From contig NC_057719.1 in assembly GCF_004010195.1 (NCBI RefSeq), positions 95,389,184 through 95,453,183 of the forward strand: 64,000 nt of DNA. The letters run 5' to 3'. Every line of letters starts with the position of its first letter. Positions within the stretch are counted from its first letter, which is position 1. The notes under the pieces were generated by a model that saw only the letters and a program-made list of their open reading frames with translations, was not told where the DNA came from and searched no databases. Position numbers and translations under genes: made by a program. Shown here in pieces: positions 26,291 to 40,733 of the stretch. This DNA comes from Chiloscyllium plagiosum (taxonomy: Eukaryota).

Positions 26291-26669
26291 TGATGAAAAG
26301 ACTTGCCTTGATTGTCAGGCACTTTGTTCCCAATGTCTTGCTCAGTTTTAGACCCTCTAACATGTAGCATTGACATGTTTTACTTTCTGAGCTATATCCC
26401 ATATCTGTCAGCTCATTTCCCATCCACTCCCAATAATCCCTAACTACTTCCATGTCAAAACATGTGCCTCCATTCACACCCTTTGGCTGATCATCCTGCA
26501 TACCCTAAACCACCAAAAACAACCCGTAAAAACTCTGTACCATCTCATTCATCCAGTGTACACTCGGTACAGAACTGATGAACTCTGTAGGAATAATGGA
26601 GTGTCTGAAAAAGCTTAAAAACAACCATTCATAACTTTCTAATCAATATTATTGTTCAAGGTGAACTTT

Positions 26670-26755
26670 CCTGATAAAGGGCTTATGCACAAAACTTCCT
26701 GCTCCTCGGATGCTGCCTGACCTGATGTGCTTTTTCCGAGGGCCCACTTTTCAAC
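26670..26755 (+). mobile_element. Short decayed PLE terminal fragment
   Basis: CCTGATAAAGGGCTTATGCACAAAAC..GGATGCTGCCTGACCTG; GTTCAAGGT occurs on both flanks. Confidence 0.65.
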
Positions 26756-26949
26756 CTATGGTTCAAGGTATCAATCCCAGTGTCACCGCCAAGACTGTAA
26801 AAACTAACAATCCTTTCTACTGTCTTAATAAACATGAATCATTAACAAAATATATCTAACAAAACGATGAAACAATCTGTGTCTCCGTCGTGTGACACAG
26901 GTTTCTAGTCAGTGTTTTATTTCCACTGGCCCAACACCCAGGATCTACA

Positions 26950-27170
26950 GGAGTTGCTGGAAAAGTTCAGCTCTGAGCAAATTGTCACCAGGTCTGTAAC
27001 ATTAACTCTGATTATTCTCCACAGATGCTGCCAGACCTGCTGAGCTTTTCCAGCAAAAATCAAAGTTAACGTTTTGGGTCTGGTGACCCTTCCTCAAAGC
27101 TGAGATTTTCCAGCAATTTCTTGTTTTAGTTTCTGATTTATAGCATCTGCAGTTCTCGTGGTTTTTACAA
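26950..27170. mobile_element. Rearranged older PLE-terminus-like element
   Basis: Inverted TGCTGGAAAAG/CTTTTCCAGCA segments; hammerhead-like GAGGAAGGGTC-acca-GACCCAAAACGTTAAC on the minus strand at 27065-27097. Confidence 0.6.
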
Positions 27171-27337
27171 AAAATCAACTCATTGTCTACTCTTCCTCTT
27201 GCAGCCACAAGCAGCCCCCACCATCCCTGCATACACAGTACACACAATTATCTCTAAATTTACATATAAGAATCCCATGTTTCCTAGCTCCATTTGGTCA
27301 CAGGCATCCATGCTTCATGTTGTTTTAATACATCCTT

Positions 27338-27645
27338 GATTAGATTACTTAGTGTGGAAACGGGCCCTTCGGCCCAACAAGTCCACACCGACCCGCCGAA
27401 GTGCAACCCACCCATACCCCTACATTTACCCCTTACCTAACACTACGGGCAATTTAGCATGGCCAATTCACCTGACCCTGCACATCTTTGGACTGTGGGA
27501 GGAAACCGGAGCACCCGGAGGAAACCCACGCAGACACAGGGAGAATGTGCAAACTCCACACAGTCAGTCGCCTGAGTCGGGAATTGAACCCGGGTCTCAG
27601 GCGCTGTGAGGCAGCAGTGCTAACCACTGTGCCACCATGCCGCCC
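27338..27645 (-). mobile_element. HE1-type V-SINE, young full-length copy
   Basis: CpG-rich, with intact tRNA head, V domain and TAATCTAATC tail. Confidence 0.92.
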
Positions 27646-27942
27646 ACTGTGCCACCTTGCTGAGTTTTGTATGTATCAACCTGTTCAGATACATGCCTTC
27701 AGTACGTGGGACTTACAGTCAGGCATTCTGACCCAGAAGTAACACAGCCACTGCATCACAAGAGTCCTCACATCCTTGCTACACTATTTTTTATGTCCAG
27801 AAGTACTGTTTCACAGAACTAAATGTTTCCTTTTTACCATCACCAAATCACCTTTAGTATATTTTTTCCCCATTTGTTTTGTAATTGATTAATTTACATA
27901 CAAAGCCCACTAGGGGTGGTAGAGGTAAAGTCAACATAAGGA

Positions 27943-28205
27943 AGAAGTGGGTACTGCAGGTGCTGGAGATCAGAGTCAAGATTAGAGTGGTGCTGGAAAA
28001 GCACAGCAGGTCAGACAGCATCTGAGGAGCAGGAAAATTGACGTTTCAGGCAAAAGCCCTTCATCAGGAATAGAGGCAGGGAGCCTCCGGGGTGGAAAGA
28101 TTGCCTCTTTCCTGATGAAGGGCTTTTGCCCAAAACATTGATTTTCTTGCTCCTTTGATGCTGTCTGACCTGCTGTGCTTTTCCAGCACCACTCTAATCT
28201 AGACT
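27943..28205. mobile_element. Short palindromic PLE derivative
   Basis: Inverted arms of about 100 bp with CTGATGAAGGGCTTTTGCC motifs on both strands and a short spacer. Confidence 0.85.
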
Positions 28206-28994
28206 GTAAAGTTGCCATAATCCTACTGGATCATAGGGCTGTTCTCATCAGAGAGAAGAGAGAGAGGGAGAGAAGTGTCTCATGGTGCTTTAATCTGAGG
28301 GTCACCAAGCCTCACGAGGGAAGAGTTTGAGAGGAAGAGTCCTTTATGGTAACCTCAGTTCCTGCAGGAATTGAACCCATGCTATTGGCATCACTCTTGC
28401 ATCACTCACTCAGTTGATCTAAATAACACTGAAGTATCTTTATATCCTCTTCTCAGCTTACCCTTCCACCCAGCTTTGTGTCACCTTAATGAACATATCA
28501 CACTGATATTTACCAAGGAGCAGGGCATGGATGGTGGTAAGATGGTGGTAAGATGGTGGTAAGATGGTGGCAAGATGAGGGAAGGGTACGTTAATAATCT
28601 GGAGCATGTTGATATTAGAAAGCAGGATGTGTTGTGTGTCTTGAAAAACCTTAAGGTAGATCAGTACCAATACACACATAAATCAATATTTACTCATCAC
28701 ATAAGTAGTTGTTTTTGGTAATGACACTGTTGAACTGAATGGGACAGTCTAAAATAGGCGTGCAGTGGTAACATCCTTACCTTAGAGCCAGGAAGCCTGA
28801 GTTCTGGTCCTACCTATTCCAATGGGTGTAATAATGTTTCTGAATGGGTTGATTTTAAAATACTTGAAGCAGAGTAGTTAATCACTGCAAACTGATCAAA
28901 GCTATGTGGGTAGCTGTTGTACGACAGCTTCAGTCTGACTGTGCAACATATTAACACCACAATATCCATCATCACAGGAAATGATATAATCTCA

Positions 28995-30440
28995 ACATGA
29001 CATGAGCAGGAGGAGACTATTCAGCCCCTTGAGTCTGCTCCACCATTCTAAAAAGTCATGGCTTCATCAAGTTCATTACCCTCATCTCCTTTCCTCCCTA
29101 TCCCTTTAGCCACAAAAACTATAGCTACCTTTTTCTTGAAAATAAAATGTTTTTGACTCAACCACTTTCTGTGGTAGTGAGTCCCACAGGCTCACCTCAG
29201 GTGAAGATATTTCTCATAATCTCAATCCTAAATGTTTTACCCCTTTTCCTTAAATTACAACCTGTGATTCTGGATTCCCTGACTATTGGCAGCATCCTTC
29301 CTGCATTGAAGCAGTCTGGCCCGGTTAGAATTTTATAGCTTTCTATAAAATTCAGTCTTCAGTCTTCTAAATCCCAGTGAACACAATCCTAACTGATTCA
29401 TTCTCCCCTCACACATCAGTCCTGCCATCCCATAAACCTTTGCTGCACTCCCTCTACAGCAAAAGCATCCATCCTCAGATAAGGAGAGCAAAACTGCCCA
29501 CAGTATTCTAAGTGTGGTCTCACCAAAGCCTTGTATAACTGTGGCAAGTTATCCTTGTTCTGGTAATTGAATTCTCTTGCTGCAAAAGCCAACACCCAGT
29601 TTGTCTTTGAGGGTGACTGCGCACAGCACCTACACGCTTACCGTCAGCAACTGGTGCACAAGGACACCCAGGTCTTGTTGAACATTCCTCTCTCTCAATT
29701 TACAGACATTTAAATAATAATCTTCCTTTCTATTTTTGCAATCAAAGTGGATAACCTTACAGTTATCCATATTATTCTTCATCTGTCATGCATTTGCCCA
29801 CTCACTTGGCCTATCCAAATCGCACAAAAACATCTCTGTCTTCTCCTGACAGCTCACCCTCCCTCCCAGTTTTGTGTCAGCTGCAAATTTGGAAATATTG
29901 CATTTAGTTCCCTCATCTAGTTCATTAACATACATTGTGAATAGTTAGGCTTCTCCTACTGATCCCTATGGTACCCAGATAGTTACTGCCTGCTATTTAT
30001 TCCTACGATTTGCTTCCTGTCTGCTAGCTAATTTTCTATCCATCTCAATAGACCACACCCAATCCTGTGCACTTTCATTTTACTAATTAATCTCTTAAAT
30101 GGGACTTTGTTGAAAGCCTTATGAATATCTAAATAAACCACATCTACTGTTTCCCCCGATCGACTGTACTAATTGCATCCTTGAAGATTTCCAGTAAATT
30201 TGTTAAGCACATATTCCACGCTGACTGTGTCTGATTCTATCTCATTCTTTTTTCAGCACTGTACTATAAAATCCTTGATAATGGACTCCAGCATCTTCCT
30301 CACTACCAGGATCTGACTGACTGGTCTATATTTCCCTGTTTTCTTTCCACCTTCCTTTTTTTAAATACAGGAGCTACATTGGCTACACTCCAATCTGCAG
30401 GGAATGTTTCAGCATCTAAAGAATCTTGGAAGATGAACAC
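28995..30440 (-). mobile_element. Degraded CR1 LINE (RT region to 3' end)
   Basis: Colinear with the CR1 copies at 8.9-10.4 kb and 58.9-60.3 kb. Confidence 0.8.
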
Positions 30441-32394
30441 AAGTGCACTACAATTTACAAACTGAATCTAACACATTTAAAGAAAAAACAAAACGGTTTT
30501 ATGTAAATCACCCAGTTACCCTTCAGGTGGTTAATCTAAGATGGCTGGTTTTGTTCCAGCAACTTGCACTTCCCTTAAGGAAGTCTGTTTTGGCTTGGCT
30601 AAGTTACAGAATGTCCCATGAGTTCATTTTAAATGGAGAAACGGCACATCTCGAAAAGTGTCATATCTGCAGTTGTGAGATTTAATTGGAATCCAATTTT
30701 AATATTAATGGAATGTTAAAGTACAGCTTAACTCATTTTGTCAAATTGACCTGGAAAATGTCATAGAAAACAAATTCGGTGGCACCAAGTGATGCATTGG
30801 ATCTTCAGCTGATGTAAGAAAATCCATGTTCATTTCTCCATCCTGAAAACAGTCAAAACATACTTTGTTCATTCAACACCTGGATATAAGATGTGTTTAT
30901 GACTCTGACAGAAGATATACCCCCTCCATCACCACCCCCTCCCCACCCCACACCTTCCTCTTTGCTTTTCCATCTTTATTTGATGCATTGAGAGAGAATC
31001 TTTGCTGGTTTTAAGGAATCATGCCACAGGTTTTGTTTTTCATAGGAAACCTTCGCAATACGTCTCTATTTCAGTCTCAATTTAAAGTTTTTATCATCAT
31101 TATAAATTCGGACAAAGTGAATAGTTACCTATCATTAAAGTTCTTTTTTGCTTCTGACAAAAGAACAAAGACATGACTTCAGGCACTGCAGTAAATGTAT
31201 CAGCCTTTATGCATACTAAGAAAATGCAATTAGTTTTTAGCCTCCAAATGAAATGATGTTGTTCATGTCTTTGATTACAATTCACTGGGCATAACAAACC
31301 CCATTTTTCCCAGCTGTAATCCATGTGAAACAGAACCAGGTTAAAATCCTCATTTCTCGCTCAGGTACAGGTTTCTCCATTCTCTACCAGGTTCTAGTTT
31401 TTTTCTCTGAACCCAAAACTCATTTCCCATCTCCACATTCGATTTTATCTCTGGGTGCTGGGCTCGGAATGCTTGGCAACTTTTCCTCAGGCCCGAAGCA
31501 ACTGAACAGGAAACTATCCAGTTAGAGGCTAAGTTCCAACTGGCTCTTCATTCCCGAATTACTCAAAACTCCTCTCAGTCCATGACCAGCTGCTCCACCT
31601 TCCTACCACTTTCTGGTACTGAGGCAGAGATTAGATCCTTTCTGTGGTATTAGACCACCCCAGCTCGGAGCAGAAGGAAAAAGAAAACAGTCAGAGTGAA
31701 AGAGACAAATGTAGGGTTAAAATATCATGTTTAGCTTTATTTAATGCTGATGTGATTTGTTGTCAAGGAAAGGGCAGCTTAAGGTGAAGGATTAGACATC
31801 TTCCTGGCATAATGCAAATACAACTGATTTGGGGGTAATGTCAGAAATAGATTTCAGGATATGCAAGGCTACGTATGCAAGTTAGCTGAAGGAAACAACT
31901 ATAGATACAAGAGGACCTAAGGGTCACAAGGGCTGTCTAAGGGGAACCCTGATATAATTTGGCAAGATTGGATTGAACAAATGTGAGCAGCAGAAAGAGA
32001 TCTAACATGTCACATCAGCAGAAAGGTATCTAAACCGAAGCTAAGGTCAAGGGCAATGATTGAAAATTTCAGGGTTTTGCTATTGATAAATCTAATGCCG
32101 AAACTTATCTCCAAGGACTATAAAACAACAAGGAATATAGAATGCAGCAGATTTAACATTAAAAGGGACTGTGTCACAATATTTTGATATCACTCATCAA
32201 ATGGCTCAGTAAGTGTTTCTAAATGTCAACACCCTTTGATGGCGTGTTCAGCTGTTTACAACAGAACAGGAAGTAATCGTGGAAAAATGTAGTAGAGCAC
32301 AAAATTAAAAAGATAGAAAGCCCTTGTGCATGAATTGTAGTCCAATTGTGATTTAACCTGGTAATCAACATCCTATTAGTGACAGTCACTGGAA

Positions 32395-32795
32395 TAGAAA
32401 AGATCGAGGGGGGATATCTCGTAAAAATAAAAAATCCTGATGAGACTGGACGGACTAAATGTGGGAAGAATACTTCCAATGTTGGGGAAGTCCAGATCTA
32501 AGAATTATGGACTAAGAATAAGGGATAAGCCATTCAGGGCTGAGATGAGTAAGAATTCCTTCCCTCAGAGAGTTGTGAACCTATGGAACTGCCCACCACT
32601 GGAAGCTATTGGGGCCAGTTCTTCAGATATATTCAAGAGGGAGCTGAACATGGCCCTTGTAGCTAAAGGGATGAAGAGGTATGGAGGGTGGGCGGGATTG
32701 GGATACTGAGGTTGCATCATCAGCCAGGATGATATTGAATGGTGATGCAGGCTCGAAGGGCCATAAGGCAGCCTTCTGCTGCTATTTTCTATGTT
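32395..32795 (+). mobile_element. CR1 3' fragment
   Basis: Translation ..FRAEMSKNSFPQRVVNLWN..; ends in TTTTCTATGTTTC. Confidence 0.8.
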
Positions 32796-34119
32796 TCGAA
32801 GATTCTGTTTTCCATATTAAAAGGAGCCAAAGCTGAAACATGTGGGCACTTCTGGGTGTCAAGTGATAAGTCTCATTCTCTATGAAGGCAGCAAATGAGT
32901 GACTAAGGCCAGGGTGTGGGGAGGCCAGGGAATGGATGGTGGATTCAGTGCAAGGCTCCATTTTGAGGCCTGTGCTGTTCCTTTAACATCAAGCAGAAGC
33001 TTTAACAATTAATCTCTATGATTGTGGCAAACATCCTTCTGTTTGACCTGCCACTTCAAACAGCTCAGTGATTCATCTTTCTCAAAATGATAAAAACATA
33101 CATCATCCTTGGGCAGCATTGTCAAACACACAGAACTGTCAACAGCTGTATGCAGGTTCAAGGAGTGGAACCCTTTCCTGCTCATCTCTGGTTTTCATAT
33201 GGTCTCATTATTCAGAGAGGCACATAGCTACAATGAATAATGTGCCACATTTGGGAAGTGGATTGTTGGGCAGACGCGAAACTGCCTTCACTACTGTAGC
33301 TAACGGCACCTTACTGATCCATTGGGAGATTTTAACATCAATACACATACAATGCTCTGTCATATAGAATTCTGTATTTAACATGGGGAGTTTGGCCATG
33401 AGTTTATAAACTCATCCCAAGAAATAGATTCATAATTTGAATATTTGAAATAGTAAATTTCAAATTTTGAAATATAAATCCAACATTTATATTTTACAGG
33501 ACTTTTGAAACTCCCCATTGAATCCATAGAGAGCTGACTAAATAGCAACTCATGCAACTCATAAAAAGTCAGTTGAATAAATCCTCAGGCTCACAGCTGC
33601 TTTGCTATTTCCTTCTTGCTGAGTGTGCCTGTGCTGAGAAGCCAATTTGTGCCTCTTTTGAGTGGGACTGCTGGGAAGGTGCTGACACTGTTGAGCAGAG
33701 AGAGTGAAGGCAGAAAGGTGGGGCTTGCCATAGGCTGTTGTTCTCTAAGTATACACAAGCCAGGGCTCAGATTTCTTGGACTTTCAGAAAAACTGGGATG
33801 CCAAAGGTTCAGATTGTCACAGCAGATAATAGCAGACTCCTGCAGTCTTTCAGAAGCAAACCTTTTGTATTTGATAACTACAGCTTACCAGTGGTAGCAA
33901 AAGCAACCATCATCCTTAAAATTTTGCCTTCCAGGAATCTGCTATCATGGATTTTGTGCTGGTTATTCATAAGTGGATAAGACATTAAAGCACAAAGTGC
34001 TAGAAAAAATCAGCAGCTGTGGAGAGGGAAATGTTCTGATCCCAAAATAACTTATTCTTCAGAATCTCCAGCATCCGCAGCCAACAAGATTGGCTTCATA
34101 TGGTCTATTATGACCAATT

Positions 34120-34600
34120 CTAACTGCCACATGTTTAGGAATGATATGAAACTGTTAGGGAGATAGCAGAAAAGATTCAGGAGAGGAAATCCAAGGAAGA
34201 GGAACTTCACAATGAAGGTAGACTGGAGAAGTTCCGAATGCTTTGCCGGATGATGATGAGGTTGAGAGGAGCCCGATTTGATGGGGGGAGATTAATGAAG
34301 GGTCTGTTCAGAGTACACAGGGTGAAACACCTCCTACTCAGAAAGGTATCAAGAATGAAAGAGCACAGATTTAAAGAAATTGGTCAAAGAATCAAAATTA
34401 TCATGAGAAGAAAACTTACACACATTGAGTAATTAAGGTGTGGAGCTCACTGCCTGAGGCTACACTGAAGCAGCTTCTTCAAATTATCCAGAAGGGAATT
34501 ATCTGAATAAGGAAAAATGAGCAAAGGTACAAGGAGAAGATGGGAGAATGGAGCAAAGTGTGGAGCTGGTCCAGCAGGATGTTGGGCCAAATGTCCTTCT
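34120..34600 (+). mobile_element. Highly degraded CR1 3' fragment
   Basis: Remnant ORF2 end and GTTGGGCCAAATGTCCTTCTTCTGCACTGTAA tail. Confidence 0.55.
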
Positions 34601-35841
34601 TCTGCACTGTAACAGTCCTGTAATGTATACTATGGAAAATGGTGATGACAACTCATCTGTTGGACACAGTTCCCAGCACACCCTTGCAACGTGCCTGTAT
34701 ACTGAAATTCTCTTTTTGCCTGACAAAAGTGCAGAGGCATTTAACAAGCTTCATGTCAAATGGAATGGGCACAGAGATATTGTGGCATGGAGACTGTAAC
34801 TGAATACAAGGTACCCAGAAGCAACCAACCTTCTTTAATACCAGGTGTACTGATACAGGGACTGGAATTGCCTCTGAGTTAAGCAGACATTTTGAACTAA
34901 GTTGATTTAGTAAAATAATTTTTCACAAATTTTGGCTTTTTATTAAAGTTGGCTCAGCAGTATTACTGTGATGGATCAGAACCCCAAAGTATTTACAATT
35001 TTTTAAATTTTAATTCCTTTTTTTTCAAAATAGAATTGCAGAAAGAGAAAAATGCTGGGTGTAAATTGAGTGACAGGCTTGTCCAATGCTGTGTGAAGCC
35101 AATGGTGTGCCCTATCTGTAAAAGGTCAGGAACATTCAAATAGTTCAAACTTAGCAAGAAGAGATAATGAGACGAGCTAAATATTGCCTCCCTCCTGCTC
35201 ATCTCCTCAGCAAAACGTCTGATCTTGCAGACATGCCTGCTTTACTCTCCCAGTATATATATAAAACTCCAGGATTACAAACAGACTGCAGCACAAGGCA
35301 GGATATGTTATTGAGGAATGTCCTAGTCTGTGCTCTAGAGTGCTGTAAGGCCCATAGCGTTGATCATCATTGTTTAAAACTACTCAACACTGCAATCAAA
35401 ACAAAGGAAAAGAGTCCCTCTCTGACTGTGACCAATCAGTTCAAAAGGAATTGGGACACTGAAATTTCAAGATTACAAACAAGAATTTCGAGATTGACTG
35501 TTCAATGGCTAAAGTCGATGCTACTGGGCCCAACCAAGCTCAGCTATAATGTCTTCCTATCTGCTGACCATCAATAATTCAGAGATTTACTTTGTACTTT
35601 TTACCCTTTCCAACTCACCTTTTACTTCTACTCCATGTATATGTGCTGTTACTATATTTTTCTCATAATTACCAAAAAATAAACTTACAATTTTTGCTAA
35701 TTCAAGAAATTCTTGATAAATTGGTTCATATTAAAACATCAGTTAATTTGTGTCTGGGTGAAAGACATCCAAGAGGGAAGGAAGCCTTTTTAAAATAATC
35801 TTACTTTGAGCAACTGAAGGGCTGAACGTTTAACCAATTAG

Positions 35842-36026
35842 GGTCTGGATCAGTGGTGCTGGAAGATCACAGCAATTCAAGCAGCATCCGACGAGCAGCA
35901 AAATCGGGCTTTTGCCCGATACATCGATTTTGCTGCTCGTTGGATGCTGCCTGAATTGCTGTGCTCTTCCAGCACCACTGATCCAGAATCTGGTTTCCAG
36001 CATCTGCAGTCATTGTTTTTACCTCA
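35842..36026. mobile_element. Short palindromic PLE derivative
   Basis: Inverted arms; 13-bp TSD TTTAACCAATTAG at 35829-35841 and 36027-36039. Confidence 0.85.
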
Positions 36027-37409
36027 TTTAACCAATTAGAGCCAGGTTATCATTCCTCAGTCAGGAATTAACCAATTTAAGGGTATCCCATCCAGATCCA
36101 CAAAAACTTGGGGACGTTGCCATTACTGTGGTCCTAACATTATTAAATGAATAGGAAATTCTTGTGGTGACCTAGGGAACTTTCCTTTTTTGGGCAATGC
36201 CGTCAAAAAAAATCATTCATTTGTTTTTAGTTTGTACAGCCAGGCTGATTCATGACTCATTTCAAAGTAATCCATTGGTTATGAAATGTTTTTCACATAA
36301 TGGGTTCAAACCAGATATTGCATAAATGTAAAGTCCTTTGTTTTTGTTTGTCTCTTTTTGATTTGTTCCCACCTTCACCATTCTATATTACTGTATTAGT
36401 TTACACAAAAGAGAACAAAATCTGATTTAAACCTTTTAATAGCCATGTAGCTGCTGATGTTAATTCAATTCTCACACACTGGATTTAATTACTCTTTCAA
36501 CGTTCCTACATTGACTCAAACTGTTTATAATGAGATAAGTTCAATCAAAAAAAAAGTCCAGTTTTTGGACAGTGTCAGATTGTTTGTAGCCAGTTTCAAG
36601 AGAGTGTACTTGTACTCAGTAACTGTTAAGCATTACATGATTTTTATGTTAAGTGATGACGTTTCATCATAACTTAATGTTTTTAGATATTGATAAGTTT
36701 GTGTTTTGTTGCAATATCTGCAGAGCAGAACAAATAAGATAGTGGAGCTTGAATCATTCAAATGAAAATAAAATGATAGATATAACAGCTTGCAAGAGAT
36801 GTGATTAAAGTCTAATACTGAATGAGGGCTTCTGATTGTAAGGTTCAAAGGAACAGAAGAAAAAAAGATTACCTGGGGAGCCGAAGCATTGTTAATAAGA
36901 AAGTGAATCAAAAAGAATGAACCACAGACAAGAGAGGAATAAATCCATTTAGGCAGAAACTTGTCAAGCTGAGGAAAAGAAGTTAATGATTGGAAATTGT
37001 TATAGTGCACTGAAGCAAAAGGAAGAAACTGATATAGAATTATTGAACCAAATAAAAAGAACATCAGAGTAGGGAGGGTACCAATTTTACACAATTTTAA
37101 TTACAGACATCATGTGGAATAAAGGTCAAGATATTTCAAAACAAGTAAGAAATTCATGGAATTGACATGGAACTACTTGAATCTTGTTGTTTAAAATGGA
37201 TACCAGAGTGAACGATCCAATTATAAAGTTGAGATAATGGAAGATTCATTCTTGCACTTTTGGTCTAATTATTGTATTTTCCAGGCCAAAGGAAATGAAA
37301 TTCATATAACACAACTTGGAGTGATTTTAGGGCAATAAATAAAATGAAACTGAGCAAGGCAGATTTCAGTCAATTTTGACAATATGGAAATTTCTAGAAA
37401 CAACTATTC

Positions 37410-38425
37410 AAGATAAAATGAATAGTCACATGGAGAAATATGGATTAATTTGGAAAAGTCAACAAGGATTGGTTCAGGGAGAATTGTGTCTGACCAACGT
37501 GTTAGAGTATTTTTGAGGAGATAACAGAGAGGGTTGATGAGGGTTGATGTTGTGTATGTGAACTTCCAAAAGGCCAGTGATAAAATACCACATAACAGAC
37601 ATGTGAGAAAGTTACAGGTAAGGAATAGAAGGGCCAGTAGCAACATCGATTCAAAATTGGCTGAGTGATAGGAGGCAGAGAGCAATGGCTAACGGCTGAG
37701 GGGAACTCTGTAGTGGAGGAACCCAGAGATCAATATTGAGACTTTGTTTTTTCTGAAGTATCAATATTCTGGACCTTTCAAGGGACAGTTTCAAAGTCTG
37801 TGGAAGATACAGAAGGATTGTAAACTGAAAAGAGGACAGTGTAGAATTTCAAAAGGACGTTAGCAAGATGGTGGAGTGGACAGGTGAAATTCAATGTGGA
37901 GAAATGGGGTGATATACTTTATTACAAAGAATATAGAGAGACAGTATCAAACATCTGACACAGCTGATCTGAAGGCTGTGCAAGAGCAGAGAGGTAAAAA
38001 CAATGACTACAGATGCTGGAAACCAGATTCTGGATTAGTGGTGCTGGAAGAGCATAACAGTTCAGGCAGCATCCAAGGAGCAGCGAAATCGACATTTCGG
38101 GCAAAAGCCCTTCATTTGCCCAAAACGTCGATTTTGCTGCTCCTTGGATGCTGCCTGAACTGCTGTGCTCTTCCAGCACCACTAATGCAAGAGCAGAGAG
38201 GACCTAGCTGTTTACGTACATAAGTCATTAATGGTCGACAGAAGAGAAAGAGCACTTTAAAAAATGTAGTATTCTAGGCTTCATTAAACAGAGACATAAT
38301 GCTGGACATATATACAACATTAATTTGACCTTAGGTGGTTTACAGTGTAGAGTTCTGTGTGTCATACTTGAGGAAGGATGTGAATGCACTGAATAGAGTG
38401 CTGGAGAGATTTATGAGAATACTGT
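37410..38425 (+). mobile_element. Degraded CR1 RT region
   Basis: VDVVYVNFQKA-like and VEFCVSYLRKDVNAL remnants. Confidence 0.65.
37995..38185. mobile_element. Short palindromic PLE derivative inserted in CR1
   Basis: 16-bp TSD TGCAAGAGCAGAGAGG at 37979-37994 and 38186-38201; inverted arms. Confidence 0.87.
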
Positions 38426-38704
38426 TGAGGAGTCTTTGTAATGCTTACCAATACACTGGACTTCAAGCTTGTGTGTGTATCACATCCTTCCAGGGAAGGA
38501 ACATTGGTCAGTCTTACAGAAGCTGTCAGGAAAAGGAGACACGATTATTTGGATCATGATCACATTCCCTCCTTACACCAGCCCCTCCCCACACCCTGGG
38601 CCTGGATGTTGAATGGATGCAGGAGTTAGAGCCAAAGTAAGATAGTAACCTTATCCATTCCTCATCCCTTTTAGTAAGTGACTGGATAGTCTCCTCCTCT
38701 CAAT

Positions 38705-39660
38705 TTCTTTTTTTTTGTATTCACACATGGAACATGGGTGCCATTGGCTGGGCAGCATTTATTGCTTGTTCTTAGTTGCCCTTGAGAAGGTGGTGGTGAG
38801 CTGCTTTCTTAAACTGCTGCAATTTGAATGCTGTAAGTTGACCCACAATGTTCATAAGGAGGGAATTCCAGGATTTTGACCCAGTGATATGAAGGAATGG
38901 TGATATATTTTCAAGTCAGAATGGTGAATGGCTTGAAGGGGAACTTACAGGTGGTGGTGTTCCCATGGATATGCTGCCCTTGTCCTTCCAAATGGAAATG
39001 AATATGTGTTCAGAAGGTGCTGTCTGAGGATCTTTGGTGAATTTCTGCAGTGCATTTTGTAGATGGTAGACACTGCTACTACTGAGTGCCAGTGGTGGAG
39101 GGAGTAGATGGTTGTGGATGTGGTGCCAATCAATTGGGCTGCTTTGTCCTGGATGGTGTCAAGCTTCTTGAGTGTTTGTGGAGCTGCACCCATCCAGGCA
39201 AGTGGGGTGTATTCCATCACACTCCTGATTCCTAGGCTTTGGGAGTCAGGTGGTGAGTTACTCACTACAGTCTTCCCAGCCTCTGACCTGCTCTTGTAGT
39301 CACTCTGTGTATTTGGTGAGTCCAGTTGAGCTTCTGGTAAATGGTAACCCTAAGGATATTGATGGTGGGGGATTCAACGATAACACCATTGAATGTCAAG
39401 TCTCTTATTGGACTTGGTTATTCCCTGACATTTGTGTTTGCCATTTCTCAAATAAACCTGTTGGACTATAATTTGATGTTGTGTGACTTCTGACCTGGTT
39501 GTGTTTAAACATGGACTTCTTCAGTGTCTGAGGAGTCATGATTCATGCTGAACATTATGCAATCATTAGCGAACATCCCCACTTCTGACCTTATGATGGA
39601 GGGAAGATCTTTGATGAAGCAGCTGAAGGTGGTTGGGCCTAGGACACTTCCACTTGCAAC
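38705..39660 (-). mobile_element. Second LINE family (CR1/L2 group): RT and 3' UTR fragments
   Basis: GSVLGPTTFSCFIKDLP..MFANDC and RSVMEYTPLAWMGAAP..LDTIQDKAAQLIG; its 3' end differs from the TTCTATG family. Confidence 0.75.
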
Positions 39661-40547
39661 TCCAGCACAGCCTCCAGGATCCTGCACATCCTCTCTTCCT
39701 GAGTGCTGACATCAATCTGAAAAACCTGCTGTTGGATATCTGCAAAGCACTCCACGTCTTCAGCCGAGTCAGATTGTGCACTTGAATGCTATTGTAGACC
39801 CTACAGGCAAATTCAAATTGTGGCAAATAGCAATTCAGACCAAAATCACCCCTTTAATGGCTTATTAATAGTGCCCAATTAATGCTGTTTTCAACATTTC
39901 CCAAACGTGACCCCCATCATCTGTCAGGTTAACAAAAAAAAATGGCATGTTCATCAAAATGAAGGTTCAGAAAGAAAGCTTTTTAAAACAATCATCAAAT
40001 TATAGGAATTACATCACAGAAGGCAGTTGTAACCTGCTGACTGCAACTGCCTCTGCTCACTCTCAAGATGGGATAATCGTCAGCTATTTCCCTGCACTTT
40101 ACTTATATTATATTTTTCTCTTTTGAAATACTTATCCAATTTCTTTCTACATTATGTTACAGTCCTGCTTCAATTGCCATTTGGGAAAAGTGTTCCGTAT
40201 TTTAATAGTGTTCCATACAAAAGGAATTTTTTAACGTTTCCCTTTGTAGGATGAGTGGTAATTCTCTTTATAGGATGCTGATGACATTAGTTTACTTACA
40301 GATACTGTGTGAATTAGGAGAATAAAATCTTTCACTGTTTATCCTTTCAAACCCATTCCTAATTTTGAAAACTTCTAATATATATCTGTTTCCCATCTAC
40401 GTAGCAATGGAAACTATCACATTTCTCCATATCAATGCTCTTATGTGTGGCATTATAAACCTTGTGACATTAGATTTCGGAACAGAATTAGGCCATTTGG
40501 CCCATCGAGTCTGCTCCACCATTCAGTCATAGCTAATATATTTCTCA

Positions 40548-40733
40548 GGCAAAAGTGAGGACTGCAGATGCTGGAGATCAGAGTCATGATTAGTGTGGTG
40601 CTGGAAAAGCACAGCAGGTCAGGCAGCATCCAAGGAGCAGGAAAATTGATGTTTCGGGTAAAAGCCCTTCATCATTTTCCTGCTCCTTGGATGCTGCCTG
40701 ACCTGCTGTGCTTTTCCAGCACCAATCTAATCT
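40548..40733. mobile_element. Short palindromic PLE derivative
   Basis: 14-bp TSD TAAT(A/G)TATTTCTCA at 40534-40547 and 40734-40747. Confidence 0.85.
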